Shown here: one piece after another, positions 12,430 through 26,435 of the stretch
Layout of the letters: every line of letters starts with the position of its first letter
Position numbering within the stretch: the stretch's first letter is position 1
Source of the DNA: Octopus sinensis
Taxonomy: Eukaryota
Assembly: GCF_006345805.1 (NCBI RefSeq)
Contig: NC_043013.1
Span: 26,412,001 to 26,476,000, forward strand
Reading direction: 5' to 3'
Length of the DNA stretch: 64,000 bases
Translations under genes and position numbers: made by a program
Notes under the pieces: model-generated
What the model saw: the letters and a program-made list of their open reading frames with translations, nothing else
Database searches by the model: none
Told to the model about the DNA's origin: nothing

Positions 12430-14260
12430 AGCCATCATGACCAATGCCAGCAGAATAAACAGTAAGTTTGATGAGATTGTTGAAATGCGAGAGCAGAAGC
12501 ATGTAGATGTGTGCTGTTTGCATGATGGAGAGGAGCTTCAGCTAGATTCCTCACAGCAAAGACACAAATTCTTTTGCATAGGTACCAGTGAGTCTTCAAG
12601 TTGTGTAGGTATACTTTTGGCAGAAAAATGGAAAATAAAGTGAGGAAGCTAGTCAGGCTTTGTGATAGGATTGTTAAACTAAGTCTAATATTAGGTAATA
12701 CAGCAGTAGATTTATCTTATCATATACTCCACATGCAGGTTTGGCAGATGAAAAATCTGATGCAAACAGAAGCCAGATTCACTACATTTGCATCAGAAAA
12801 TGAGATGTCCTCCTTGGGTAAGGAATGTACAATCCAACATAGATTAGTTGTTAGTATCTTCAGACTTGGAGCTAGAAGAACTCAAGATGCAAATTGTGAA
12901 AGTTTAAAAAGGTCTATTGAACACTCAGAGATTTAGAGATATCATAACTGAACATTCAACAAGGAGGAAGCGACAGAAACATAAAACAAAGGACAACTGG
13001 AAGTTCTTATAAGCCAACCTAATGAAGGTGACCGACCAATTCTGAGGTTGGTGCGAAGTTCCAGCTAGATCAAAGGTGATGTGGTGGTGAAACAGAAGTA
13101 GACACAACCTTAACTTGGAAAGATTAGAGAAATGGGAGGAGCGGAGAATTATACCAGAAGAGAAGCTAGGTGGAAGGGAAGCAGATGCCTATGATCTGCA
13201 GTATGAGAACAACAGGCATCAGGTGTTCAAGATTCCAAGATAGTGAACGAGAGAAAATAGATGCTATAGGAGAAAAGTATGTATGGATAATGGAACACTT
13301 GCACTTAGGTTTTCTGAAAAAGGGGGAAAAAAAGAAGCATAGAAGTACAACTGTGAAGGACTATTAAATATGAAAAATGCATGGGAGAGAGTCTTCTCAA
13401 TGTGAATCTGATAGAGAGACCAGTCATTCTAGTTGACAGTAATTTAAAGATGAAGTAATTTAGGATATGAAAATAAGGAAAGCCCTTTGGCCCATCAGGA
13501 ATTACTGCTGAGGTGCTTAAAATAGCTGGTGACATGAGATGCATCCTAGTCACTCATATAAGGTAATCAGATTGTACTGGAAAGCATTATACTCAATGAC
13601 TGGTGCAGCAGTTATTATATTCGGTTGTTAGAAGGGAGATGCCGTTAGAAAAAAATAAATCCAGAACAAAAATGTCATGGAGAAAGTTACAGCTCAATCA
13701 ATTAGGGACAGAATTAGACTAGATGGAATGGAGTTTGTTATTGTGCCAAAGAGTGCTATCACTGATGTTCTCTTTCTTGTAAAGTTGCTACATGTAAATT
13801 ATTTAACCGAAAGTAAAAAGTGTACTTGCATTTGTTGACTTGGAGAAAGCTTCTCCCTAATATGGTGTTCCCTGTGAAAGCTAGGAAGAGATAAATGGCC
13901 TGTGAAAGCCACACAAGCCATGCACAAGAGCACTGTCAGTAAAGTGACAGTCATGAGTACAATAACAAATTTAGTGTGAGAGTTCGGCAGGGCTTGGTTC
14001 TCTGTCCCATCCTGTTTATCATAGTCCTCCAGGCCATAACAGGAATTTAAAACTAGTTGCCCATGGGAAATCTATGCTGATGATCTTATTTTTATAACTA
14101 AATATATAGATTTGAAAAAGAAGTTCTAAGTGCAGAAACAGCACCTGGAATCAAAGAGCTCTAACTTAGCAAAGACTGAAGTTCTAGAAAACAGGAAACC
14201 AGAGAGGACACTAAGCCATTCAGGAAAATGACCCCATTCAATATGTAGAAAATGCTTGAT
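12430..14260 (+). mobile_element. Heavily degraded RTE-clade LINE
   Basis: DEIVEM..VDVCCL, ECTIQHRLVVS, GPSGITAEVLKIAG, FVDLEKA, SPILFIIVLQAIT, YADDL. Confidence 0.75.
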
Positions 14261-14509
14261 ATGCTGGTCACATCCATGTACACTCACTGCATTCAGCTAT
14301 GTCTATCTCACTCCTACCTCTCTTTCTTCTACTAACTGTTTCCCAATGAATTCTCTACTTCCCCAACACCTTGTCACCTTCCTCCTCCACAACACTCCAA
14401 CACTCATCACTTCTTCATTGTCATACTTGTCTCTATCTCTTTCACTCGTCCCAACCATTCATTTTCACCCTCATAATGTGGATTCAACCTATCCAATCAT
14501 CTTTACCTC

Positions 14510-14580
14510 TTTGTCTCTCTCTCTCTCTCTCTCCCTCTCTCTCTTTCTCTCCCTCTCTCTCTCTGACACACACACACACT
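14510..14580. repeat. (CT)n(CA)n microsatellite
   Basis: Direct reading. Confidence 0.9.
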
Positions 14581-15239
14581 GAAATCCCTGATGCAACTGT
14601 TGCCTATGCCCTTTCCATTACCACCTACCCTCCAGTACTGTTCCCTCTGTTATGCACTTCACTGCCATCCAACCCCCAACCCCCCCACATGTGAAGAGCA
14701 GGAAATCATTAACAGCTACTTATGTATTGTATTTGCTTAAACATATACAATACAACTAAACCTGAGAGTTTAAGCCATAGAAGATGAAGCTAATTATATT
14801 CAGTTATAGGGCTTTACACATTTGAATAAGCTACGGATTTAAAATGTTGCAATAAGTGTAGTGCCTGCAGGACCAGATTAGTTCTGACTTGCTATTTAAT
14901 AATTGTTTTTTTTTAAAAAGCAGCATCTCAGACTTTTCAATATACAGCTTGTCTTTTACTTGTTTTTATATGGTCTTTGATGCAATCTTCCCCAACAGTG
15001 TTAAAATATATGTTTGAGTCTTTCAGCAACTATACATATTTTGATAGGGATGTACTAGCTTTTATACTTTTGTCATTAAAAGAAAATTAGGTTGGAAATA
15101 AATTTGACTCTACTTTCAATATAGAGTCACAACATCAGTAAATGTTCCATTGTTATTCTTAAATGTACTTTAATATAATTCCATTTTAATATATATGTAT
15201 ATATATATATATATACATACATACATATATAAAGTGGCA

Positions 15240-15390
15240 ACCTGGCAGATTTGTTACCACACTAGAGAAAAATGCTTAGCATTTCTTCCAGCTGATTACA
15301 TTCTGAGTTGAAAAGCTGCTGGGGCTGACTTTGCCTTTCATCCTATCAGTGTCAATAAAATATGTACTGAGAGAACACTGGGGTTGATAT
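15240..15390 (+). mobile_element. SINE family A, degraded
   Basis: CTGGCAGAT..TCTGAGTTG..GACTTTGCCTTTCATCC. Confidence 0.65.
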
Positions 15391-15404
15391 GACTGAGGAA
15401 GTTC

Positions 15405-15680
15405 CCACTCCTTGGACTTTTCCAGTAAGTCCTTCCTCCCCTTCCTCCTCCTTGGACTTTTCCAAGAAGTCCTTCCCCCTCAGCTCCATCCTTGAACTTT
15501 TCCAGATAGTCCTTCCTCCCCTTCACCCACTCAGCACCCCTCCTCGGAATTTTCCTGGAAGTCCACCCTCCTTGGACTGTTCCAGAAAATCCTTCCTCCC
15601 CTTTCCGATCCTCGGAATTTTCCAGGAAGTCCCCATCCCCTTCCTCAGACTTCTTCAGGAAGTCCCCCTCCTTGGAGGGG
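15405..15680 (+). repeat. Pyrimidine-rich minisatellite, ~7 units with core TCCTTGGACTTTTCCAGGAAGTCC
   Basis: Cores at ~15408, 15448, 15487, 15539, 15568, 15608 and 15641. Confidence 0.85.
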
Positions 15681-16139
15681 GTTTGAAGGGGAGGAAAAGG
15701 AGGAACAATATCTTAATTGGTTTTGACATAAGCTGCATAATATTTTTACACTATACCATATGTGAGGCAAGGATCACGTAGATACCAGACAACCAGCCTG
15801 TGGTATTATTACATGATGAAATCAGAGGAAAAATCTATAAAAAATTGCTCTCAATGTACCAAAAGCACAAATCAAATCAATCGGAGCATATCAGCTCTCA
15901 GAAAGCCCAAAGGAAAGAAATTTAAAAAACAACCTGCTGGTGGGTTGGGTGGGACTCGCTAACATACCACAACAACCCATTGGCAGAACGTGTGGGACCA
16001 CGGCCAACATGTTAAATATTCAGCCAGACATAGTTGTAGTGTACGTATTTACCTAGATATTAGCCTAGATTTTATTGTTTTAAAATTAAAATGATGATTG
16101 ATTAAAATAACATGATACAATTCATGTATTAGTCTTGAG

Positions 16140-18745
16140 AAGCAATGAATCTGCACCCAAAGAAATTATGTCAGTTGCTGATGGTGGTGCAGCATCTGTT
16201 GTTGCTGTACAGGCCCACACAGGAGTGGCAGTCATGCATGCAGCAACTGCATTTGAAGGAGCTCTCTACCAGTGCTACTGGCTTTTCCTTCAATCAAATG
16301 CATTTCTCTTTGGTGGCAAATTCCTGTTTTTATTCTGCTCCCTTCATCCTCTTGTGCAGTATTTGTCTCCAGTGTGGGCTGATCATTTGCAACTTCCTCC
16401 CATCTCAGGACATCCAGATCAAGCAACTTCATATCCCTCTTACAGACGTCCTTGAAACGAAGATGAAGTCGTCTTCGTGCTCTTGTGCCAGTGGTCAATT
16501 CCCCATACAGGAGGTCTTTTGGGATCCTTCTATCCAGCATACGATGTATATAACTGAGCCAGCACAAACGACACTACTGGAGCAGGGTGAGTATGAAGAC
16601 TTTGGTGTTGGCAATGTGGTCAGTCCATTTGATATCCAAGATGTGTCCCAAATTACGAAGGAGAAAGATGTTAAGACACCACTCCTGTCTGGAAGTAGAG
16701 TCTCCATGTCTCACTGCTGTAAAGTAGCACACTAAGAAAGCATGCATTATAAACAGCAATCTTGGTGTTTACAGTCAGCTTTTTGTTTTACCAGACTCTC
16801 TTTGTGAGACTGGAAAATGTGGATAATGCTTGTCCGATTTGCCTGTTGATCTCATGGTCCAGGGAGAAGGTCATCAGCGATGGTAGAACCAAGATAGGTG
16901 AATTGATGGACTACCTCCAGCTTATAGTTGTGTATGGTGATGGTGGTGGGATGCTTGGCACTTTGGCCCAGAACTTTAGTCTTCTTCAGACTGATAGTCA
17001 CAAGGTGCTGCATTTATTTTTAAGCGTGTGCTGTCCATGCTGTATCATCTGCAAACAGCATGTCTCTAATAAGTACCTGATGTGCCCTGAATTTTGCTTT
17101 CAACCTCAACAGACTAAACAGTTTACTGTCTGATCTGGTGTAAAGGTAAACGCCATCAGCTAATGTCCCAAATGCATGTTTTAGCATAACTGCAAAAAAG
17201 ATGCCAAAAAGGATGGGAGAAAGCACCCAGCATTACTTCACACTGCTATGTATGTTGAATGCCTCCAAAGAAAAACTATCAAATTGAACAATGTCTTTTA
17301 AGTCTATGTGAAATGATTGGACAATCCTGAGGAGTCTTGGAGGACAGCCAATCTTGACAAGGATTTTGAACAGGCCACCTCTACAGACTAGGTCAAAAGC
17401 TCTTGTGAGGTTGATGAAGGTGGTAAAGAGTGGTTGCCTTTGCTCTTGACATTTCTCATGTAGATGTTGAAGATAGATCATGTTGATGGTGGTGCGTTCT
17501 GATCTGAAACCACACTGAAATTCAGGGTATACCCTGAACAGTAAAATGCCTCAGTAATTATTGCTTTTGTCTCCTTTGTTCTTATATAGGGTGACTGTTT
17601 CAGTCTCTCATGTCTTGGGGCATTGATCCCTCCTCCCAGCACTGACACAGTAACTTCAGCGAGTGGCTAAGTAGAACTCTCTTTGCACATCTGATGATCT
17701 CTGGTAGGATACCATCCAAACCCGGTGCTTTTCCAGGCTCTGCTCTGCTCAGTTCTTCAGCAGTTGGCAATGGGTCCATGACAGGTAGGTGTTCTACAGT
17801 ATCTAGCAGTGTCCAAGTTGTTATTTTTCTTGGTGTAGAGTTCAGAAAATGTTCCATCTGTCTCTCCAGCTGCTCTCTTTTGCCCTTGATAACATCCCTG
17901 TTCTGGATTTGAGTGAAGTGATCTTGCTTTAGATTGGACTGATGGCTTTCTTGATACCTTCATACATTCCACAAATGTTGCCCATGTCAAATGACAGTTG
18001 GATGTCTACATATAGTTGTAACCAGTTGTCATTTGCACACTGTCTTACTGTCTTTTGCATGTTATTCCTTGCTGATCTCAATGCTTGCAGCAGTGTCTTT
18101 GTGGGTTGGTGTTTGTGCATCAGCAGGGCAGCACACTTCTCCATGGGAGTATTGAGCTCTTTCACACTTACCTCAAACCGGTCTTGTGTCATTTTCCTTC
18201 TCCTCCCAAAGGCCCTCAGAGCAGTGCTATGGATGATATCTCTGAGAGAGTCCCATCTCTGCTGAACATTGCTTTCTGGTGGGTCAGCAAGGAGGGTGTT
18301 TTCCAGTGTCTTGAGGAATACATCTGTCTTAGTTGGCTGTTGGATTGCCGTAGTATTGATGCACTGCATGCTTGGGGACTTGGCACAGTGCATCATTTTT
18401 GGCTGGAGATTGCAGCAAACAAGGGAGTGGTCTGTGTTGCAGTCAGCACTCTGAAAAGACTGAGGCAGGAGGACATTCTTTAGGTGGTTGCATCTTTTGA
18501 TTATGAAATCTAGCTGGTTTCTAGTGCCCTGTATTGAGCTTTGGTCTGGAAGTAGGTGTTGGTGACACATAGTCCATGGAGTATGCAGAGCTCAAGCAGC
18601 TGTTGCCCATTTTCATTCATGTTGTCAACCCCATCCCAATCCAGATACCCTGGCCAAGAGTCATGAACAGCTTCCACTCTGATGTTGAAGTTACCAAGTA
18701 ACACCGGCTGTTCTCCATTTGGGATCACTTGTATTTTCCTAAAGA
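16140..18745 (-). mobile_element. Degraded near full-length RTE-clade LINE ORF (APE plus RT)
   Basis: Fragmented ORFs: VLLGNFNIRV, NENGQQLLELC, SADCNTDHSLV, KAPGLDGI, FINLTRAFDLV, LSPILFGIFF, MLFADD, RIPKDLLYGEL. Confidence 0.88.
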
Positions 18746-18789
18746 GTTGATCAAAAAAACTTGCCCTTGAGAGGAATAAAGGGCTGGAA

Positions 18790-19442
18790 CATAAGCACTG
18801 AAGTGGTTAACAGGGCCATCAGAAATGTACTAAGCATTTCACCCACCATGCTAACATTTCTGCCAGCTCACTGCCCTACCCTACTATGCAATAATAATGA
18901 CACTTCAATGATAATAAACATAACTGTTATTAATGATCCTAAATATAGACTGAATGATTTGATACATTCTATGGAATCTATCAAGTTACACAGTACAGTA
19001 AAATTGGCTGAAAGTTTTGGCAGAATGGCCAGCAATGTCAGGGGAGGGGATAAGTTAATTACATCAACCCCAGTGCACAATTGGTACTTATTTTATTGAC
19101 CCTAAAAGAATGAAAAGCAAAGTTGACCTCAGTGGAATTTGAACTCAGAACGTAAAGACTGATACTAAGCATTTTGCCCAGCATGCTAACAATTCTGCCA
19201 GCTTGCCACCTTACTTAAAACAGTAATAAACCTTTCTACTAAAGGCACAAGGCCTGAAATTTTGTGGGAAGGGACTAGTCAGTTACATTGACCCCAGTGT
19301 TTCACTGGTACTTAATTTATTAACCCTGAAAAGATGAAAGGCAAAGTTGACATCAGCAGAATTTGAACTCACAATGTAGCAGCAGGCAAAGTACCACAAT
19401 CATTTCGTCCAGCGTGCTAATGATTCTATCCGCTCACCACCT
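18790..19442 (-). mobile_element. Head-to-tail cluster of SINE A copies (partial 18790-18877; 19016-19212; 19226-19442)
   Basis: Repeated GAAAGGCAAAGTTGAC..GAATTTGAACTC..TTCTGCCAGC. Confidence 0.85.
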
Positions 19443-20450
19443 TATTCAGAACAGTAATAATAATAACAAATACTAATTTAGTTAATAGTATACTGCTATT
19501 AATTATAGATGAAGTAATAAAATCAATGAATCTAGTGGAACAGATAATGATGCGATATGATGGTAGTCTCTCATAGTTCGAGATGGATGGTTCTGCAATC
19601 TTTTGTCGAACAATCTGTACAAATGATTTATTTGTAGAGATCAAATGTGTGTGCCGTACATTAGTTCTCTCCTTCCATCAAATCAATGAAACCTGAACAT
19701 GTGCACGATCTCTCACATGTCAGATGTTGAGGTGATTGCAGAGCTATGTGAGATGAAATGTATTGCACAAGAACACAAAGTTCCATCCGGTCTGGGAACA
19801 GAAATCTTGTGATCGTGAGCACAACACCCTAACCACTGAGCCATGCACCCTGAGAACAGATAGAAAGATAAGTCTTAATAACATCTCATGTAGAATTAAC
19901 AATAATGCTGTTTCATCCAATAGGATTTGCAGTTCTGGACTTGTATATATATATATATATATATATATGCATATATGTGTTTATATATGTATATACGTAT
20001 ACGTGTTTGTGTGTTGATGTGTGTGAGTGTACCTGTGAGTGCATGTGTGTGCCTATGTATGTGTGTGTGTGTGAGTGTGTGCGCACATATTTTGTATGGA
20101 TGTGTGTGTATACATACGTGTGTATTTATATTCATATTTATAAATTTGGATGTGTACAAACGTTTTCACCTAAAATAAAGAATTCAATCCATGGTGAATG
20201 CAGGCCTTTACAAAGATACCAGTGCTGTTGCAAGGGAGACAACAACTGTGATTCTTCTATAAGTTACCTCCTATGATCTGTATATGTATTTATATTCCAA
20301 GATCCCACACAGGCTCATGTAGCTTTGTGTATTGTCATCCAAGATGAAGACAAGTACCAATGTTCCCATGTGACAGGCTTGATAATTGTTGAGAGATTTC
20401 ACTTGGGATGAAATCGATGGTTGCCTTGTTAAAATTCAAATTAAAAAGTA

Positions 20451-20455
<5 letters not shown>

Positions 20456-20491
<36 letters not shown>
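20456..20491. repeat. (TA)n
   Basis: Direct reading. Confidence 0.95.
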
Positions 20492-20496
<5 letters not shown>

Positions 20497-20497
20497 T

Positions 20498-21071
20498 CAT
20501 ATATAATAGTGTATAAACAATTTTAAGTATTTATACATGAAAGAGGCGACCTTTGCCAGGACACCCTACATGCTAGAAAGGGCAGTCAAAGCCCAAACTA
20601 CAAATAAAAGAAATTTCAAAGGGAATGAAAATAAAAAATATTTTTGTAGTTACCCTCAGACTTGAGCTCCTTTATCAATGTGCAAATAAAATAATTTACC
20701 ATCTGTACTTCGTCAGTGAGGTCACTAAAATTAATGCATATTTATGCAGTGAATAGCACTGAAAGCACATGTGCTGCATATTTATACATTATAATTTTCA
20801 AATCCACCGCGGAAGTAGAGTTACATTCGGCAGCAAATAATAATAAAAAATTAAGACTGCATACCAGAAAATTTTACTGGGAAAATAATAAGGGTAGAAA
20901 ATTTGGTAAAATTTTCATACCGGTGGCTAGCATGTGTAATAAAGTCAATAGGCAACATATTTTCATATATAATAGTGTATAAGTAATTTCAGTATTTATA
21001 CATAAAAGAGGTGACCTTTGACAGGACATCTTACATGCTAGAAAGAGCAATCAAAGCCCAAACTACAAATA
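20498..21071. repeat. ~107-bp direct repeats (20498-20604 and 20964-21071) flanking ~360 bp
   Basis: CATATATAATAGTGTATAA..AAAGAGG.GACCTTTG.CAGGACA..CATGCTAGAAAG..CAAAGCCCAAACTACAAATA occurs twice. Confidence 0.85.
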
Positions 21072-21632
21072 TATATATGTTTATATATATAAATTGTGTG
21101 TGTGTGTGTATAGGTATGTGCACGTAAGTATATATAATTCTAGAGGTTTTTCTTCTTCTTCTTCTATAAAGGAAAATGGCTAGTATCACACATTCTGTAT
21201 GAATCTCTGATGAAGTGAATGAAGACCTGGAAAACTTACCTGACCTGCATTTCATAATTTAGCCATAATCACTAAAACACATGTAAGATTTCATGTTTTA
21301 CTTTCTCTGTACATAGCTTCATGGTTAAGAAGTTCCCTAAGCCACATAATAGTCTTCAACTACTAACATCACATGATAGTTGTACAGGTGACATCACTTG
21401 TATGACATACATATTACAGTTATACAAGTGATGTCATGTGTCTATAATATCTGTCAAAATATGCCCAGCCATGGAGAAAATAATACCTTGCTTGGAAGCC
21501 AGTGAGGGTTGACAACAGGAAAGGCATCCAAACAACTAACCATTGGATACATTATTCATGCAGAATGGCTGAACAGTAAGAAGTTTGCTTTGCAGTCAGG
21601 AGTTTTTGGGTCACATCCAACTACTGAAGATG

Positions 21633-21735
21633 GTTGTGGTGGGGCAGGGGGTGAAGATGGTGGTGGTGGTGGTAGTGGTGGTGGTGGTGGTGGTGGTGAA
21701 GATGGTGGTCGTCGTTGTCATTGTCGTCGTCATCA
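21633..21735. repeat. (GGT)n-based trinucleotide tract
   Basis: Direct reading. Confidence 0.9.
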
Positions 21736-23004
21736 TGAGTGATAGTGAAAAGTTTTTTTTAAAATTGAGCTAAGTTTTTTAAATCACCTATCACTTTATG
21801 CATGCGAAAGCAATTCCGTGAAATATTCATGTTTATTTACATGGCAGGTATATGCAATTTAGCTAAAGGTTGTAACAAATGTATAACAATTTTTTTTTTG
21901 TTTATGGGGAAAATGGAAAAATAGGAGTGAATATTTATTTTATGAGTGCTGTGTATTAAGTCTATCAAATTGTGCATAAAATATATAAAGTATATATATA
22001 AAGTGCATTAAGCAATCACCGTATTCCAGTTTCTTTTACTTTTCAATGATTAGCAGATGAGCAACTATCTTTTGATGCAGACACAACGTTGGCCATGCTT
22101 TCAGGTTTTCTGGATAGTTTTCAGAAATTAATTTACTATTAATTCTGTGAAATATTCACTGGTCCTGTTATTTAAAATTATTTCCCTAATGAAAAGGTAA
22201 GTCATTAGAAACTGGTCTCTGGAATTGCTAGAAGTGTTTGATCTGTTGCCCAGCAGCAAGTTTCAATATCGTTCTCTTTACTGGACAACACTCACAAAAA
22301 CCAGGCTGTTACCAAGTTCAATACACAAACAGGCTTCATTAATAAAATCTGCTGCTGATTTTTTTATGGGTTTTTAAGTCTTTTCACTTATTTGCCCTTT
22401 TAATCAAGTCAGGGTTATGACATCATTAGATGCATAATGCTGAATTTATTTAATCTTAATTTGAAGGGTAGTAGGTTGGCAGAAATGATAGATTGCCTGA
22501 CTAAACATATTGTTCTTGATATTGAATACTTTCTTGACTTTTGACTTTGATTTCTCTAAAGTCAATAAAATAAAAAATAAGAAATAGTAACGATACACCA
22601 TCTGAGATTGATCAAAAACAATTATACAAAATTGTTCTTTACAATTGTGAAGCTGTAAATTAATAGTACCTGCTGAACTTAATATTGATTTTTAAATCAT
22701 CATTATCATTATATAAGTTTCTATAATTTCTCAGATGTCAAACAACAGAATAAATTTTAGGCTTGAAGAAAATAGAAATGTGCTTGTTTATCAGCAGATG
22801 TGACTATGATGTAAACAGCTTGCTTTCTAACCAGATGGTTCCTGGTTCAATCAAGGTTATGACATCATTAAATTCACAATGCTTAATTCATTTAACCCTT
22901 GGGTAAGTGTTGTCTACTTTAGTGTTGGATTGACCAAAGCCTTATGAGTGGATTTGGTTGATGGAAACTGAAAGAAGCCCATTGTAAATGTGTGTGTGTG
23001 CGCA

Positions 23005-23026
23005 TATATATCTATATATATATCTA

Positions 23027-23117
<91 letters not shown>

Positions 23118-23136
23118 ATATATATATATATATATA
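23005..23136. repeat. (TATC)n and (TA)n
   Basis: Direct reading. Confidence 0.95.
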
Positions 23137-23311
23137 CGCGAGAAAGAAGCAACAAGAATGGATAGGTTTTTAGGTTTTTTGTTGCTTCTTTCTCGCTTAT
23201 AATCACCCCACATTACTGTATTGTTAAATCAGTATAGTTTTTTTGGTGCATCTAAGTTAGGTACCATATTCAAGTAAATTCATTTAAATTAACTTGAATC
23301 TTATTGCTCTT

Positions 23312-23375
<64 letters not shown>

Positions 23376-23378
<3 letters not shown>

Positions 23379-23568
23379 TGGATTGGTGCATAATTATTGC
23401 ATGATGATTATTCTGGAGCATTTTCACCATATACTTCAATTGATGCTTCCCATTTGCTTGGCAAATGGTCAGACCATCATTTAAAATTGTTTTTGTGAAA
23501 TATTGTTATTGTTTTTGTTGAATAAAATTTGCTGAAAAAAGCCGCAATAATTATGCACCAACCCAATA
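23376..23568 (-). mobile_element. Mariner-derived MITE (~190 bp)
   Basis: TIRs TATTGGATTGGTGCATAATTATTGC and GCAATAATTATGCACCAACCCAATA in a TA-repeat context. Internal LPSKWEASIEVYGENAPE* resembles a mariner C-terminus. Confidence 0.8.
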
Positions 23569-23569
23569 A

Positions 23570-23898
<329 letters not shown>

Positions 23899-25559
23899 TG
23901 TGTTTCCTTGTGTTTGTCCACCACCACCTCTTGACAACCAGTGTTAGCTTATTTCCTGTATCTTAGCAACTCAACAAAAGTGACCTTAGAATAAGTTCTG
24001 GGCTTAAAAGAATAAATGCTGGGATAGATTCATTCAACTCTTCAAGTTGATGCCCCAGCATGGCCACAGTCTAATGACTGAAACAAGTAAAAGATAAGAG
24101 AAAGATTAGCCATGATTTGCAACAATGGTACAAAGTTGTGTGTTTTTGAATAGAAAAATAATCTGTAACTACATTGACCTCACTACTGGGCTGATACGTA
24201 TTCTATTAATCACACAATCATTAAAGGAATAAAAGGCAAAGTTATCTTTGGACAAAATTTGAATTGAAAATGTTAAGTGCCAACAAATAACAGAAGGCAT
24301 TTAGTCTGCTGTATAAACCATTTCAACTATCTTACCACCTTAATATAGTACATTATGACCTTAGCCATAAAGCTGAGGCTCCTGTATACCATAATTTTCC
24401 CTGTATAATATGTTTCCTTGCATATTACACATCTTTATTTTGGGACCTAAACTGTTCGAAAATTATACCTTGTATAGCATGCAGTGCTGCACGATTGCTA
24501 TAACAGCAGATGATAAAGTATAATCCAATTTTTTTTTTTTTTTAAATATTTCATTTTATATAAAACACATTGTTGTATAAAAAAAAATAGTAATCTAAAA
24601 AATAAGAATAAATGTTTTAAAAACTGATAAATAATAACAAATAATAAAGGTACATTATTGTAGTTTTCTTTAATAAAATTAGATGGAGAAAAACTTTAAA
24701 ACATAATACCATGACATATACACATTCCTAATTTTAATTTAGGTTTTGTTACAAAAAAGTGTGTATTATAATATGGAGTTTTATGATAATAACTATGAAG
24801 TTTTCTGACTATGAATTTTAGCAGAGAATTTTAGTAGAAAATTGATGTAATCAACTGTTCCGCTCTCCCCACCAAAAAAACATTTCAGATCTTGTGACTA
24901 TAGTAAAAAGGACTATTTAAGTACTTAAGGTAGTGTAGTGACTGAAAAGGTACTTTACATTATTTAGAACGTTTTTTCATTTTAAGATCTGAGTTAAAAT
25001 CCTATTGACATGAACTTTACTTTTCATACACTGGACTGGTAAAATAATTATCAATCATATACATGAGGCAATTTGATCAATTATACTCCTTAATAAACTT
25101 GTGATCATGTTTCTGTCTCAATAACTTGTAATTATTGTAAACTATAGCTTGGAGGTGAATCTGGTATACAAATGAATCTTAAGATTCTTATTATAAAATC
25201 TTGTTAACTTTACAGTTATGTATAGGCTGACTCCCAAGCAAAAACTATGCTCAACTGCTGTTGCTTATATTGATAACTTTCATAAAGATGTTCTAATGGA
25301 TTATATGTACATGCTGTTAAGATTATCTCTACAGATATTCTATAGAAATTATAGAGGATATCTGTAGAGATAACCTTAATAAGTGATGTAATGTGCACTG
25401 CTAACTCAGGAGAACACAGTATTTATTTCTTTATTGCCCACAGGGATTAAACATAGGGTTGGAAAACAAGGACAGACAAAGGGATTAAGTCAATTACATC
25501 GACCCCAGGGCTGTCCTCTGCAGTCACAGCCCATGTTTCATAACCGTGAAGCATGGCAG

Positions 25560-25725
25560 TTCGCATATATATATGATGGGCTTCTTTCAGTTTTTTGCAT
25601 GCCAAATCCACTTACAAGGCTTTGATCAGCCTGGGACTATATTAGAAGACACTTGCCCATGGTGCAATGCAGTGGGACTGAACTCAGAACCATGTAGCTG
25701 AGAAGCAAACTTCTTACCACACAGC
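25560..25725 (-). mobile_element. SINE family B
   Basis: GGGCTTCTTTCAGTT..AGAAGACACTTGCCC..GGGACTGAAC. Confidence 0.82.
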
Positions 25726-26232
25726 CACACCATATACCATACAGAAAAATACAAAATATCAAAGTAAACTGTATTTAAACAGCATTCAGCCATTTAACTC
25801 CAAGGCATTAAAACCAATTAGTAGTGCCACTAACCCACCCACTTTGGCCAATTGCAAAAATTGTTTCTTTGTTGCCATTGTAGTTGTACATCTTTCGCCA
25901 TTTTCAGTTTTAAATGTTACATTTTAATATATTTTATCACCTTGGCTCAATCAGCCAAAAAAAGAAAATATTATTTTACTTCAAACTGTATTTGTTATCC
26001 CACCAAACAACACTGGAAGAATAATGAAGTCTCTCAGAAGTTGATGCCAAAGAAGAAATGTGCTACAATAACTGACATCTTCCATGGACCTAAATTTGAA
26101 AATAATTCAGGAGGATGGATCAATGAGTACCAACAAAATGGTTACACAGTTACCCAAACTAACATGCACATTCCTATATATTCACATCTGCTCACATACA
26201 TACATACACACATACACACATGCATGCATATA

Positions 26233-26273
<41 letters not shown>

Positions 26274-26299
26274 AAAAGTATTTAAGGTGGTGTACATAT

Positions 26300-26435
26300 A
26301 CAGGCTTAACAGGCTTCTTTCAGTTTCCATCTACCAAAACTACTCACAAGGCTTTAATCAGTCCAGAGCTACACTAGAAAACACTTACTCAAGGTGTCAT
26401 GCAGTGAAACAGAACCCAAAACCATGTGGTTGGGA
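26300..26435 (-). mobile_element. SINE family B
   Basis: GGCTTCTTTCAGTTTCCATCTACC..ACACTTACTCAAGG..AACCATGTGGTTGGGAAG. Confidence 0.78.

Noticed and set aside
15405-15680. CRISPR-like look (dyad repeats with variable spacers)
   Set aside because: The linkers are short, low-complexity and related to each other, the repeats are degenerate, the context is eukaryotic, and there are no cas genes.
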